Under the pieces are notes generated by a model. The model saw nothing but the letters and a program-made list of their open reading frames with translations. It had not been told where the DNA came from and did no database searches. This document shows, in pieces, positions 30,747 to 40,266 of a stretch of DNA of 54,351 nucleotides (its first letter is position 1; each line of letters starts with the position of its first letter). Source of the DNA: Pirellulales bacterium (GTDB lineage: Bacteria; Planctomycetota; Planctomycetia; Pirellulales; UBA1268); NCBI GenBank assembly GCA_044376405.1, contig JBILKZ010000006.1:1-54351 (forward strand). The letters run 5' to 3'. The position numbers and the translations under genes were made by a program.

Positions 30747-32519
30747 TCAGCGGTTCGAGCGGCGAGAGCCTTCCGCTGCAGCGCGGTGTTCCCTCGGCGA
30801 GTGGGCTGTGGTGGGCAGGGAGACTCTCGCGTTCGCTGCCAGGGTATCGGCTGCGATCGCCGAAAGAGTCCTCGCGCCGCGGAGCGAAAGATTGCCCTGA
30901 TGCCGTGCAAGTTGCACGGCGGCTTCGTCGCTCACCGCACGCAACCCGTTGAGTTCGAGTCGCCCGCGATGCGCGGCAAGAGCCTGAGCGGACGCGACCG
31001 AGAGCGATCGCAGGCCGTTGAGAGACAGCGTGCCCTTAAAGGCGGCTAGACTCCTTGCCGCGCTGTCGGACAGGTCGGCCACGTGATTGAGTTGGAGAAC
31101 AGGATCGTCATAGTGCCACCGCGCCCGCTGCTCCTCTTGAACAGCCAGCTTGTCCGCCAGCGAGGGACTGTCCAGCACCTGCAGACCATTCAGGACCAGC
31201 ACACTCGCGGCACGGTGCGTGAAGTCGCTTTGTCCGCGGTAAAAACCAATGGTGGTAACCACATAAGCGTTGATGCCGTCGAAGAACCGGGGGTCGCCGT
31301 ATTGCGACAAGACCTGTGCTGTATCCGGTGCGATGCATGTCAGCCCATCGAGTTGCAGGCCTCCTCGATGCTGCACGAGCATCCGGGCTGTCCGCGGGGA
31401 AAGCGTCTTCAGTCCGTTGAGGGAGAGCTTGCCGGGAAAACCTGTCAGGATCGTGAGGACTTCGTCAGACACCGAGGCGACATTGTTGAGCCGAAGCACT
31501 GGGGTATCGCCACACTTGGCGGCCCGCTGCCGCTCCTGCATCACGAGTTTCTGCGTGAGCGCCGGACTCTCCAAGGAATGCAGGCCCCGCAGCGTGAGCA
31601 GACCCTCCTGTCCAGGGCGGGTCTCGACCTGACGAAAGGCCCTTTCCAGCGTGGAAGCGTCGCGGGCAGGCGTGTTTGATGGATCGCCCGCTTCACCGTA
31701 TCGAGCCAAGGCCGCGGCCACCGCAGTGGATACGGTCGTTAGGCCATCGAGCGAGAGTCCGCCGCGGTGTCGTGTCAGAGGGCCTGCTTCCTCGACCGAG
31801 AGCGTTTTCAGAGCTGCGAGACTCAATTTGTCACCGTGGGCAGCCAGCGTGCGGGCGACGTCGCCGGAGAGCGTCGTGAGTCCGTCCAGACGGAGTGGTC
31901 CCCGGTGACGGGCCAACTCGGCGGCGTTATCGACCGATAATTCCGTCAGGCCGTTGAGCGAGAGCCCGGGCGTTCTGCGGCTGGCCAACGCACGGGCCCC
32001 GGGGGTGGACAGCCTGGTCAATCCACAGAGCGACACTGGTCCTGCACACTGAGCCAACTCGCTGATCGCGCCGTCCGGGAGATGCGTCACGCCGTCGAGC
32101 AGCAAGGTGCCACGGTAGTTGGCCAGTTGGGCGGCTGCTTCTTCCGAAAGGGTTTGCACACCCCGCAGACTCAGGCAGCGGCCCTGATGCTTTGACAACG
32201 CCTCCGCCTGCTGTGCGGAGATCGAGGTGAGTCCGTCGAGGAGAATCGTTCCAGCCCGACGTTGTACCAGGGCCTCCGCCGACTCCACGGAGAGCGTGGT
32301 CAGGTGGTTGAGGTCGAGCTTCCAGCGGCCACCGGACGGGTTTAAATTGAACTTGCCCTCCTGGATCGCGGCCGCCCTGATCGCCCCGTCTTGGTCCCGG
32401 TGCCCCGACGGTCCTTCGGCCAGCTCACGCTGCGTGATCGCGTACAACGAGCTGGCGATCACCACGAAGGCGATCGCCATCACGAGGCCGCGACGCAGGC
32501 AACCACGGGACAGTGTCAT
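30747..32519 (-). CDS. membrane-anchored leucine-rich repeat-like protein (22-aa repeats)
   Basis: Repeats of LxLxGLTxLSxxxAxxLAxHxG after one TM segment; start 32519 or 32480. Confidence 0.75.
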   Translation of the reverse strand: MTLSRGCLRRGLVMAIAFVVIASSLYAITQRELAEGPSGHRDQDGAIRAAAIQEGKFNLNPSGGRWKLDLNHLTTLSVESAEALVQRRAGTILLDGLTSISAQQAEALSKHQGRCLSLRGVQTLSEEAAAQLANYRGTLLLDGVTHLPDGAISELAQCAGPVSLCGLTRLSTPGARALASRRTPGLSLNGLTELSVDNAAELARHRGPLRLDGLTTLSGDVARTLAAHGDKLSLAALKTLSVEEAGPLTRHRGGLSLDGLTTVSTAVAAALARYGEAGDPSNTPARDASTLERAFRQVETRPGQEGLLTLRGLHSLESPALTQKLVMQERQRAAKCGDTPVLRLNNVASVSDEVLTILTGFPGKLSLNGLKTLSPRTARMLVQHRGGLQLDGLTCIAPDTAQVLSQYGDPRFFDGINAYVVTTIGFYRGQSDFTHRAASVLVLNGLQVLDSPSLADKLAVQEEQRARWHYDDPVLQLNHVADLSDSAARSLAAFKGTLSLNGLRSLSVASAQALAAHRGRLELNGLRAVSDEAAVQLARHQGNLSLRGARTLSAIAADTLAANARVSLPTTAHSPREHRAAAEGSRRSNR

Positions 32520-32718
32520 CGGGCGGTCGTTCAGAGGTCCAAGTCGTTCGGAGGTCCAAGATGTGCCGAGAAGCATGCCGAAGCCTGTTGGCGAACGGCG
32601 GCATCTCAAGGGTACGAAAGCCGGTGCAGTACCGAGAAGATAACGATATGCTTCGAGGTTGAAAACTAGAAAGAGCATGCCTCCTCGCCTCCGCGAGCGG
32701 CCCATCGAGGAGATACTT

Positions 32719-33081
32719 GTGATTGAATTCGTCGAGCCACTCGGGATGCGGGTGCTGATCCGCAAGGATGAGAGCCGTCACACGACGCGGGGAGGCATCG
32801 TGCTTCCCGACCAGGCGGAGATCCCTACGATCACAGGGCGGGTCGTCGAGGTGAGCCTGCAGGTCGAGCGCGATGCCGACTTCCCGATCGAGAAGTACGA
32901 CAAGGTTTTGTTCCATCCCAAGAATTCGATCCCCGTCGACTTTGAGCAGAACAACCTGCTCTACGTTGTCCCGATCGAGGACGTGGTCGCGGTGTTCCGG
33001 CGGCATGATGAAGCCAAGCCCCAGCGCCGCGGCAAGACAGGCCAGGAGGGCGACGGCCCGGCGGACGATGCCCAGGAGTAG
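32719..33081 (+). CDS. groES: GroES/Cpn10-family co-chaperonin (orphan)
   Basis: EPLGMRVLI, TRGGIVLPDQA, GRVVEV, EDVVAV; GAGGAG RBS 6 nt before GTG. Confidence 0.8.
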   Translation: MIEFVEPLGMRVLIRKDESRHTTRGGIVLPDQAEIPTITGRVVEVSLQVERDADFPIEKYDKVLFHPKNSIPVDFEQNNLLYVVPIEDVVAVFRRHDEAKPQRRGKTGQEGDGPADDAQE

Positions 33082-33157
33082 TGCGTCGTGAGTCGTCGAC
33101 GAGATGTCACCTCCGTCGATGTGACCATGCTGCCGCCGTGGGGCCGGGCCATCCAGT

Positions 33158-33186
33158 TTGACTTTCAGCCCCGCACACCGCACGAT
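33158..33186 (+). promoter_or_regulatory. putative sigma70 promoter
   Basis: TTGACT-17 bp-CACGAT upstream of 33263. Confidence 0.35.
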
Positions 33187-33262
33187 GCCATCATCTCAGT
33201 GCTGCCTTTTCAGGAAGTGATTCCGCTGTCCGGGCCCGCTGGTTATCCGTGGAGGCGATGCC

Positions 33263-33757
33263 ATGACCGATAGCAGAAAAAGTGATGGTGGCGAACGAGG
33301 CCAACCCTTGGTCAACCTCGCCGGCAAGTGGGCTGTTGTGGCGGCCGACTTCAACCATGCGAGAATCTACGCGGTCGATCCTTCCGCCGGGACAACGCCA
33401 GAGAAGATCGTGGCGCCCGATCCCAGCCATGTGAACCACAATATCTTCCATCACCACGGCAACCCGACCGGCGGCTTCGACATCGACAGGCCCGAGACGA
33501 ACGAATACCTCAAAGCGCTCTCCCACGCCCTGGCGCCGGCCCATCGGATCCTGTTGCTCGGTCACGGTGGCGGCAAGGCCAACTTCAGCCACCTGCTCGA
33601 GTCCTACCTTGAGAAGCATCACCGGGATGTGGCCTCCAAGATCGTGGCGAACGTCCGGGCCGACATCGACGATCTCACAGACGCGCAACTGGTGCGGATC
33701 GGCGAGACCTACTTTGGCATCGACGAACCCGAGCGTGGGTATCCCCGGTCGCGGTAG
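33263..33757 (+). CDS. eRF1-domain-like / host-attachment-like small protein
   Basis: VVAADFNHARIY, ILLLGHGGGKAN, YLEKHH, LTDAQL..YF pattern; GGAGG RBS. Confidence 0.6.
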   Translation: MTDSRKSDGGERGQPLVNLAGKWAVVAADFNHARIYAVDPSAGTTPEKIVAPDPSHVNHNIFHHHGNPTGGFDIDRPETNEYLKALSHALAPAHRILLLGHGGGKANFSHLLESYLEKHHRDVASKIVANVRADIDDLTDAQLVRIGETYFGIDEPERGYPRSR

Positions 33758-33924
33758 GCGGCGATGCGCCTTCCTGCACAAACAGGCGGGCAAAAAGCGA
33801 CGGCCATCTCGGCGCGCGTGGCGATCGTGAGGTAAAACGCCTCTCATCAGGGCTGGCCGATGAAGGTTGGATGGTCCCGCCCTCGCTCGATCGTCCCGCA
33901 GCCCGTCGCAGGAGAGACTCCGCC

Positions 33925-34395
33925 ATGCCAGATCAAGGCCCGCAACAACGGCTCGAAGCCCTCGCCCTCTCGCTGCCTCCGGCGCCCAGGCCGGTCGGCG
34001 TCTACAAGCCAGCCCTCGTCGTCGATCGTCACCTGTTCGTATCGGGTCACGGGCCGCTCCTGCCCGATGGCACGCTCATGCGGGGCCGAGTCGGCCGTGA
34101 CCACGACGCCGACGGCGGCAAGCAGGCCGCCCGCCAGGTGGGCCTCACCATGCTCGCCACCCTGCTGGCGACCGTCGGAAGCCTCGACAGGATCAAGCGG
34201 GTGATCAAAGTCCTCGGCATGGTGAATTGCACGCCAGACTTCGAGAAGCATCCCTACGTGATCAACGGCTGCAGCGAATTGTTCGCGGACATTTGGGGCC
34301 CGGAAAACGGTGTCGGCGTGCGAAGCGCCGTCGGCATGGGCTCGCTGCCCGACGACATCCCTGTCGAGATCGAGGCCCTGTTCGAATTGGCATAG
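33925..34395 (+). CDS. RidA/YjgF-family protein
   Basis: LFVSGHGP, INGCSEL, GVRSAVG, VEIE. Confidence 0.9.
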   Translation: MPDQGPQQRLEALALSLPPAPRPVGVYKPALVVDRHLFVSGHGPLLPDGTLMRGRVGRDHDADGGKQAARQVGLTMLATLLATVGSLDRIKRVIKVLGMVNCTPDFEKHPYVINGCSELFADIWGPENGVGVRSAVGMGSLPDDIPVEIEALFELA

Positions 34396-34488
34396 AGGGC
34401 GCGGCAATGCCCACGCTTGCCCGGCATGTCATCGCGGCGGCGCTGGCACGGGTGCGGACCACCGTCGATGCAGAGGAGACCACCGCCC

Positions 34489-35577
34489 GTGTTCACGATT
34501 GACGCCCACCTCGATCTGGCGATGAACGCGATGGAGTGGAATCGCGACCTGCGAATCCCTGCCGCGGAGATCAATGCGCGTGAGCGGACTCGCGGCCTCA
34601 GCGACAAGCCTGACCGGGGCAACGCCGTCGTCTCGTTCCCTGATCTCAGGCGTGGACGGATCGGCCTGGTCGTCGCGACGCAGATCGCCCGCTACGTCGC
34701 CCCCGACAACCCGCTCCCCGGCTGGAACTCTCCCGAGCAGGCCTGGTCGCAGACCCAGGCCCAGCTCCACTGGTATCGCACCATGGAGGAGGCAGGAGAG
34801 ATGGTGCAGATCGTCGATAGCGTCGGACTCGACGCCCACGTCTCGCGATGGCTCGCGGTGACGGAAAGTGGTGGCGACGTCTCGCGGCTGCCGATCGGCT
34901 ACATCCTTTCGCTCGAGGGCGCCGATTCGATGATCACGGTCAGACATCTGGAGCGAGCACACCGCTACGGGCTGCGGGCCGTGGGCCCGGCCCATTACGG
35001 CCCGGGCCGCTACGCCCACGGTACCGATGCCTCGGCGCCGCTCAATGCCGCCGGGCGGGAACTGATCGCCGAAATGGATCGGCTGGGGATGATCCTCGAC
35101 GCCACGCACCTCTGCGACGCGGCCTTCTGGGAGGCGATCGACCTCTTCTCCGGGCCGGTCTGGGCCAGCCACAACAACTGCCGCGCCCTCGTCGACCACA
35201 ACCGGCAGTTCTCCGACGAGATGATCAAGGCACTGATCGGCCGCGGCGCCGTGATCGGCGGTGCCCTCGATGCCTGGATGATGGTGCCGGGCTGGGTCCG
35301 CGGCACGTCGACACCGCGGGGGATGAACTGCGATCTTGCCGTGATGATCGACCACCTCGACCACGTCTGCCAGCTCGCTGGCAATGCCGACCACATCGGC
35401 ATCGGCTCCGATCTCGACGGCGCCTTCGGCCGTGAGCAGTCCCCGCACGATCTGGAGACGATCGCCGATCTCTCCGGCCTGCCCGGCCTGCTTGCCAAGA
35501 GGGGCTATCCTTCGGCCGACATCGACAAGGTGATGCACGGCAACTGGCTGAGGTTTTTGCGCAACGCCTGGGCGTGA
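34489..35577 (+). CDS. membrane dipeptidase (peptidase M19)
   Basis: IDAHLDL, SLEGAD, DATHL, ASHNN, GIGSDLDG; GAGGAG RBS. Confidence 0.9.
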   Translation: MFTIDAHLDLAMNAMEWNRDLRIPAAEINARERTRGLSDKPDRGNAVVSFPDLRRGRIGLVVATQIARYVAPDNPLPGWNSPEQAWSQTQAQLHWYRTMEEAGEMVQIVDSVGLDAHVSRWLAVTESGGDVSRLPIGYILSLEGADSMITVRHLERAHRYGLRAVGPAHYGPGRYAHGTDASAPLNAAGRELIAEMDRLGMILDATHLCDAAFWEAIDLFSGPVWASHNNCRALVDHNRQFSDEMIKALIGRGAVIGGALDAWMMVPGWVRGTSTPRGMNCDLAVMIDHLDHVCQLAGNADHIGIGSDLDGAFGREQSPHDLETIADLSGLPGLLAKRGYPSADIDKVMHGNWLRFLRNAWA

Positions 35578-35612
35578 CCGCCTGGCATCCGGACCGAGCC
35601 GTCTCGAACGTT

Positions 35613-36737
35613 TCAGGAGAGCCGGCCGCGGGCCTCGATCGTGAGCCTGCGCAGCCGGCCGTCCGGCTCCCGCCACCACACCGCATCCTGGAGATTGATG
35701 CAGGGGCAGACGTGATTGGGGATCACGCTGACGCGCTCGCCCACCCGGGGCCGCACTGCGCACCGCGTCACATCCACCTGGGCGTGTTCCTCGGAGAGCT
35801 TGGTGATAACCGCCTCGGGATATTCGACGACGTGGCCGTGACCGCTTTCCGGCGCGGGGACACAACGATCGCTCGTGAACGTCTTCGTGCCTCCGTCGAG
35901 AACGACCTGGCCGTCCACCGCATCGCTCACGACGGTGCAGAGAATCGAGGCGGCACAGTCGGCGAGCGTGCAGAAACCGCCGTGCACGGTATTCATGTCG
36001 TTGTAGACGGAGGTCCCGGGACGGATTTCCGTGACCTGCGGCACGAGGTGCGATCGGTAGGCCGTCGGCGTGGATCCGCCCGACACGACGTCCCGGCAGA
36101 GACCGTAGCGATCGAAGAGGTCGATCGCTTCCTGAAGCTGCGCGGCGACGCGTGCCAGCGGCACGGCTTGTTCGTCGGGCTTCGCCCAGATGTGGCCGGG
36201 GTAGCAGAGGATGCCGTCGAGCCGCAGACCGGGGGCCTTGTCGGCTGCCTGAGCGAGGGCGACGAGCGCCGCGGCGGTGGGCACGCCCGTGCGGCCCATG
36301 CCGACATCGAGATCGACGAGCACGCCGATCGTGGCCCCGGCGGCGGCCGCCGCGGTGCTCGTGGCGTCGAGGGCCACGGTGGTGTCTGCCGCGATCCGCA
36401 CCCGCGACGCTGCCGCCAGAGCCGCGAGCCGCCGCGTGCGAAAAGCGTCTACGGCCGGATAGGCCATCAGGAAGTCGGACACTCCATCGGCGAAAGCGGG
36501 CAGTAGGGCTTCCGCCTCGCCCACCTTGGCAACGGTGAGCCCACGGGCTCCGGCGGCCAACTGCAGCACCGCGACATCGATGCTCTTGTGCGTCTTCGTA
36601 TGGGGTCGGACGGCGATTCCGTGGCTTGCGGCATAGACCGTGAGCCGATCGATGTTGCCGCGCACCGTGGCCGCGTCGAGGACGATCGCGGGAGTGGGGA
36701 TTTCGGTGATGTCTGCACTTTCCATCGAGGATGCCAT
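35613..36737 (-). CDS. DSD1/D-threonine aldolase family PLP enzyme (alanine racemase fold)
   Basis: RPHTKTHK (PLP Lys), RTGV, SGGSTPT, EIRPG, LSEEH, IPNHVCP. Confidence 0.9.
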   Translation of the reverse strand: MASSMESADITEIPTPAIVLDAATVRGNIDRLTVYAASHGIAVRPHTKTHKSIDVAVLQLAAGARGLTVAKVGEAEALLPAFADGVSDFLMAYPAVDAFRTRRLAALAAASRVRIAADTTVALDATSTAAAAAGATIGVLVDLDVGMGRTGVPTAAALVALAQAADKAPGLRLDGILCYPGHIWAKPDEQAVPLARVAAQLQEAIDLFDRYGLCRDVVSGGSTPTAYRSHLVPQVTEIRPGTSVYNDMNTVHGGFCTLADCAASILCTVVSDAVDGQVVLDGGTKTFTSDRCVPAPESGHGHVVEYPEAVITKLSEEHAQVDVTRCAVRPRVGERVSVIPNHVCPCINLQDAVWWREPDGRLRRLTIEARGRLS

Positions 36738-36868
36738 GTTCCTGAGTATCGTATGGCCGTCTCCCGAAGGCCGACTTGCACTGCCGTTACGGCTCCTGCC
36801 GGATGACCTTCCTGATACGCCCGCCACCCTCGCCGCACACGCCAGCCTCGCCGTAAACGCCGGCCTCG

Positions 36869-38920
36869 CTAGTGCACCTTCACGCCGCTGGTGCTGACGA
36901 CCGGCAGCGTGAGGCTCGACGGCGAATTGCCGGCGTTGTCGAGGATCGTGCCGCCGCCCAGCACGGCCTGGCCAAGAAGCGCGATCCCATTGGCATCGTG
37001 GTCGGTCGCCTGGAGCGTGTAGCGGAAGACCAGCGACCGAGTGCCTGTCCCCAGAGCATAAGGGATGTTGCGGACCGTCGAGCCGATCACCGCCTGCAGC
37101 TTCGGCACGCCAGTCACCGTCATCGGCTCACTGAACGTCACCGTGAACGACAGCGTCTGGTTCTTCATGTAGTGCCCCGCCGCAGGGATCGCGAGCCCCG
37201 TGATCGTCGGCGCCACCGCGTCCACCAGCACGTTGCGGGTGTTCACCGCCGGCACCGTGAGCCGGGCATTGTTGCCCATCGCGTCGCGGATCCAGCCGCC
37301 ACCCAACCCCACCGAGTTGCCGAGCACCACGCCCTGCACGCTCAGGTCGCCCGGCGCCACTACGTAGCGGAATGACAGGGTCGCTGTGCCCGCTCCGCCG
37401 ATGTAGGTCGCCGGCTTCACATTCGTGCCGATCGAGACCAGCAGTTGCGGCGTGCCACCGACGTACACCGCCCGACTGTAGTTCACCTTGAACACCAGCG
37501 GTTGGCCCGCCCGATACGTCTTCGCCGCCGGACCCGTCGCGCTCGAAACCACCGGCACGATCCCGTCCACCTTCACGCCCGGTGTGCGGGGCGGCGTGTA
37601 GGCCAGCGACACTGTTGCATTCCGGGCCAGATCGGTCACCGACGCGCCCACTGGCAGCTGGATCGCGCGTCCCGTGGCCACCACCGTGCCCGCCGCGGCC
37701 TTCTCCCCGACGGCGACAAGGTAGCTGAACACCAGCTGGTTCGTGCCAACCATCCTGTCGTAGACCGCCCTGCGGGCGACGCCGTTCACCTTCAGGTCCA
37801 GATAGGGCGAGCCCGTCACGGCCATCGGCTCGCTGAACGTCACCGTGAACGACAGCTTCTCGCCCGACGCATACGTCCGCGGCGTTGGGCCCGTCACGCC
37901 CTGCAGCACCGGCCGGACCGTGTCTACCGTGAAGGAGTCCTCCACGAAATCGCTCGCATCGAAGACCGAGGAAGCCCGCACCGTGATCGTCGTGACACCG
38001 GCCGTTCCCGAAGCGCCAGCGACCAACTGCAGTTTGCCCTGGGGCGTGATCGACGCCGCCAACGCTGCCGGATTGCTGCTCGTCGCCGTGTATACCAGTT
38101 CGCTTGAACGGACGATCTGCGGGAACTTCACGAACTGCTCGGCCGTGAGCGTGGTGGTATCGACCGCGGGGTTGGTGAACAGCGGGTTTGTGCTGGGGTT
38201 GGCTCCCGGCACGTTCCGTATCGGCACCGTGTCGAACGGCGAGGCGTAGGCGAATCGCGGCACCTTCGCCATCTCATCGACGACGGCCATCCCGCTTCCA
38301 AGCACGCGGCCGAAGACGGTGAAGCCGCCGTTTTGCGTGTCGAGATTGGCCGAGTTGTTGGCGAGGTTGAAGAACCACTGGTTGGTGGCGCTGTTGGGAT
38401 CGGAGCCGAGCTTGGCCATGGCAATCGTGCCGCGGACGTTGTTGGCGGCACTCGTGCCAGACGGCTTTGGTTCGTTGACCACGGGGGCACGCTGGGTGAC
38501 GTCGCCGATCAACATCCCTGTCTGGCTGCTGGTGACGGTGAATCCGCCTCCTTGGACCACGAAGCCTGGCACGGAGCGGTGGACGAACGTGTTTTGGTAG
38601 GAGCCGCCATCCACGTACGAGAGGAAGTTGGCGGCCGTGGCGGGCGTAGTCCGCAGTCGATTGTCACCGGCCTGATCGAAGAGCTCGACGTAGACTTTGT
38701 CGTATGGCGCGGCCGCGTTGACATCGAACCGCACGAGCGTGCCTGTGACGGCGGTGTCGTCGTAGTGCCCCGCCAGGTCGATCGTCTGCGTGGGAGCCGA
38801 CGGAGGCAGGCCGAGATCGGGCAGGGCGGAGGTCACCGACACCGCCAGCACCCGGCGGGTCTCGAGCGGCTCGACGCGCAGGTCACAGCGGCGACGGAAA
38901 GATTTTTTCTTGGGCGGCAT
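36869..38920 (-). CDS. secreted cyclophilin-type peptidyl-prolyl isomerase with three Ig-like repeats
   Basis: RVEPLETRRVLA export motif; HRSVPGFVVQGGG, RGTIAMAK, SATNQWFFN, FTVFG; three C-terminal beta repeats. Confidence 0.88.
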   Translation of the reverse strand: MPPKKKSFRRRCDLRVEPLETRRVLAVSVTSALPDLGLPPSAPTQTIDLAGHYDDTAVTGTLVRFDVNAAAPYDKVYVELFDQAGDNRLRTTPATAANFLSYVDGGSYQNTFVHRSVPGFVVQGGGFTVTSSQTGMLIGDVTQRAPVVNEPKPSGTSAANNVRGTIAMAKLGSDPNSATNQWFFNLANNSANLDTQNGGFTVFGRVLGSGMAVVDEMAKVPRFAYASPFDTVPIRNVPGANPSTNPLFTNPAVDTTTLTAEQFVKFPQIVRSSELVYTATSSNPAALAASITPQGKLQLVAGASGTAGVTTITVRASSVFDASDFVEDSFTVDTVRPVLQGVTGPTPRTYASGEKLSFTVTFSEPMAVTGSPYLDLKVNGVARRAVYDRMVGTNQLVFSYLVAVGEKAAAGTVVATGRAIQLPVGASVTDLARNATVSLAYTPPRTPGVKVDGIVPVVSSATGPAAKTYRAGQPLVFKVNYSRAVYVGGTPQLLVSIGTNVKPATYIGGAGTATLSFRYVVAPGDLSVQGVVLGNSVGLGGGWIRDAMGNNARLTVPAVNTRNVLVDAVAPTITGLAIPAAGHYMKNQTLSFTVTFSEPMTVTGVPKLQAVIGSTVRNIPYALGTGTRSLVFRYTLQATDHDANGIALLGQAVLGGGTILDNAGNSPSSLTLPVVSTSGVKVH

Positions 38921-39173
38921 GCCGACACGATCCCTTGTGGCACGGAATCCCAGTGCCCGTGCATTCAACTATACGTCGCCCGCACAGGGCGCGTTCACGG
39001 GGGCGAAATTCAGCGTTTCGCCCGGCCAATCGCCCGCACCAGGGCCCTCACCAAACGCCACGGGAAGCCTGCGGTTGCAGAGGCCGAACTCTCTTCTTCC
39101 ACCACGACCGCCCGCGGTTCCCCGAAAGGTGCGTCCTGAGCGGATGCCTTTGCGCAGCAGGCCGGCACACGAC

Positions 39174-39362
39174 CTACCTCACCGGGATGTAGGCGCTGAC
39201 CCCGACGATCACCTTCTTGCCATCCACCACGCAGTCGGTTTCCTTATTCCCATGGGTGGAGGCGACTACGAGCGTTTTGCCGCTGGCCGACTTCTCTGGC
39301 TTGGCGTTCATGGGAATTCTCAGAACCAATTCGTCACCAACAATTTTTGCTGAAAAAGCCAT
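39174..39362 (-). CDS. small hypothetical protein (62 aa)
   Basis: MAFSAKIVGDELVLRIPM...SASGKTLVVASTHGN; AAGGA RBS; protein-like composition. Confidence 0.7.
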   Translation of the reverse strand: MAFSAKIVGDELVLRIPMNAKPEKSASGKTLVVASTHGNKETDCVVDGKKVIVGVSAYIPVR

Positions 39363-39412
39363 GGATCCGTTCCTTGGATTCGATCGATTCGTTCGATTCT
39401 GACGGTGTCGAT

Positions 39413-39811
39413 TCACCATCCCCGTCGCCAAGCTCGACGGGTCGCCCGATTCAGCGGAACCCGGACAGCTGGTCTTGGGGGATCTGCCCGACTGATGCCG
39501 CCATATACGACAGGCCTCGCAACATAGACGGGCCTCACTGCCACTGGATACGCAACTCGGGCAGGAGCGTATCCGCCGAAGTAGGCCGCGTTCCCAAAGC
39601 CGTAGGGGGAAAAGCCGCTGCCAAAGCCACCGCCATAGAGGCCAAAGTTTCCAAAGCCGTATGGAGAAAAACCAAGGCCACTGAAACCGGGACTACCAAA
39701 GCCGATGCCACCAAAGCTGGGGCCGCCCAGCCACAGGCCTTGAGCTTGAGCGGGCTGTGCCACCACGACGCAGCCAAGGAGCAGAGCAAGAGCCAAGATC
39801 CGCCGCTTCAT
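39413..39811 (-). CDS. secreted Gly/Phe/Tyr-rich low-complexity protein
   Basis: Signal peptide ending AQA; GFSPYGFGN duplicated; GGAG RBS. Confidence 0.7.
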   Translation of the reverse strand: MKRRILALALLLGCVVVAQPAQAQGLWLGGPSFGGIGFGSPGFSGLGFSPYGFGNFGLYGGGFGSGFSPYGFGNAAYFGGYAPARVAYPVAVRPVYVARPVVYGGISRADPPRPAVRVPLNRATRRAWRRGW

Positions 39812-40266
39812 CGGGAAGTCTCCAAGAGGACGGGTCGTGTTGAGAACGGCCCACACCCCTCACGATACGAAATTCCAGCAAAAAAGATCGTTTATGGCAG
39901 ACGGTTTCTGGGTGGCGGCCCGCGAACCTCACCCCCTCAACCTCCTGACCACCCTGACGGTGGCGATCTTCGATTCCGGAAGTTGAGTGCCAACCCGGCG
40001 TACGAGACCTCACCCCAGCCCCGACTTATGGGTACAGAATGGGTACACGCGAACCGTCGATGGGGTATGGGGACCCTGCTCGGCACCGCCAGCGAGCATC
40101 CGCATCGCGTTCTTTGCTGGCGAGCCTGAACCCCTCGCACAGTGAGCAGCGACGGCTTGCCCGGTCGTGCTGGCGTTGGCTAGAACAAGAGCTCGGTGGC
40201 CATGGGGCCGGCGATAGGAGGCTCTGTCGGCAGTGGCCGTGTTTGGAAACGCTCCGTGAGGTTGCC

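Noticed and set aside
32520-32765. Extended N-terminus of the LRR-like ORF
   Set aside because: It overlaps the divergent groES; a downstream start before the TM segment is more plausible.
38981-39075. c-di-GMP-I riboswitch (CGCACAGGGC start)
   Set aside because: Lacks the GCAAA, GNRA-loop and GACGCAAAG core; only a short GGGCGAAA/TTTCGCCC hairpin is present.
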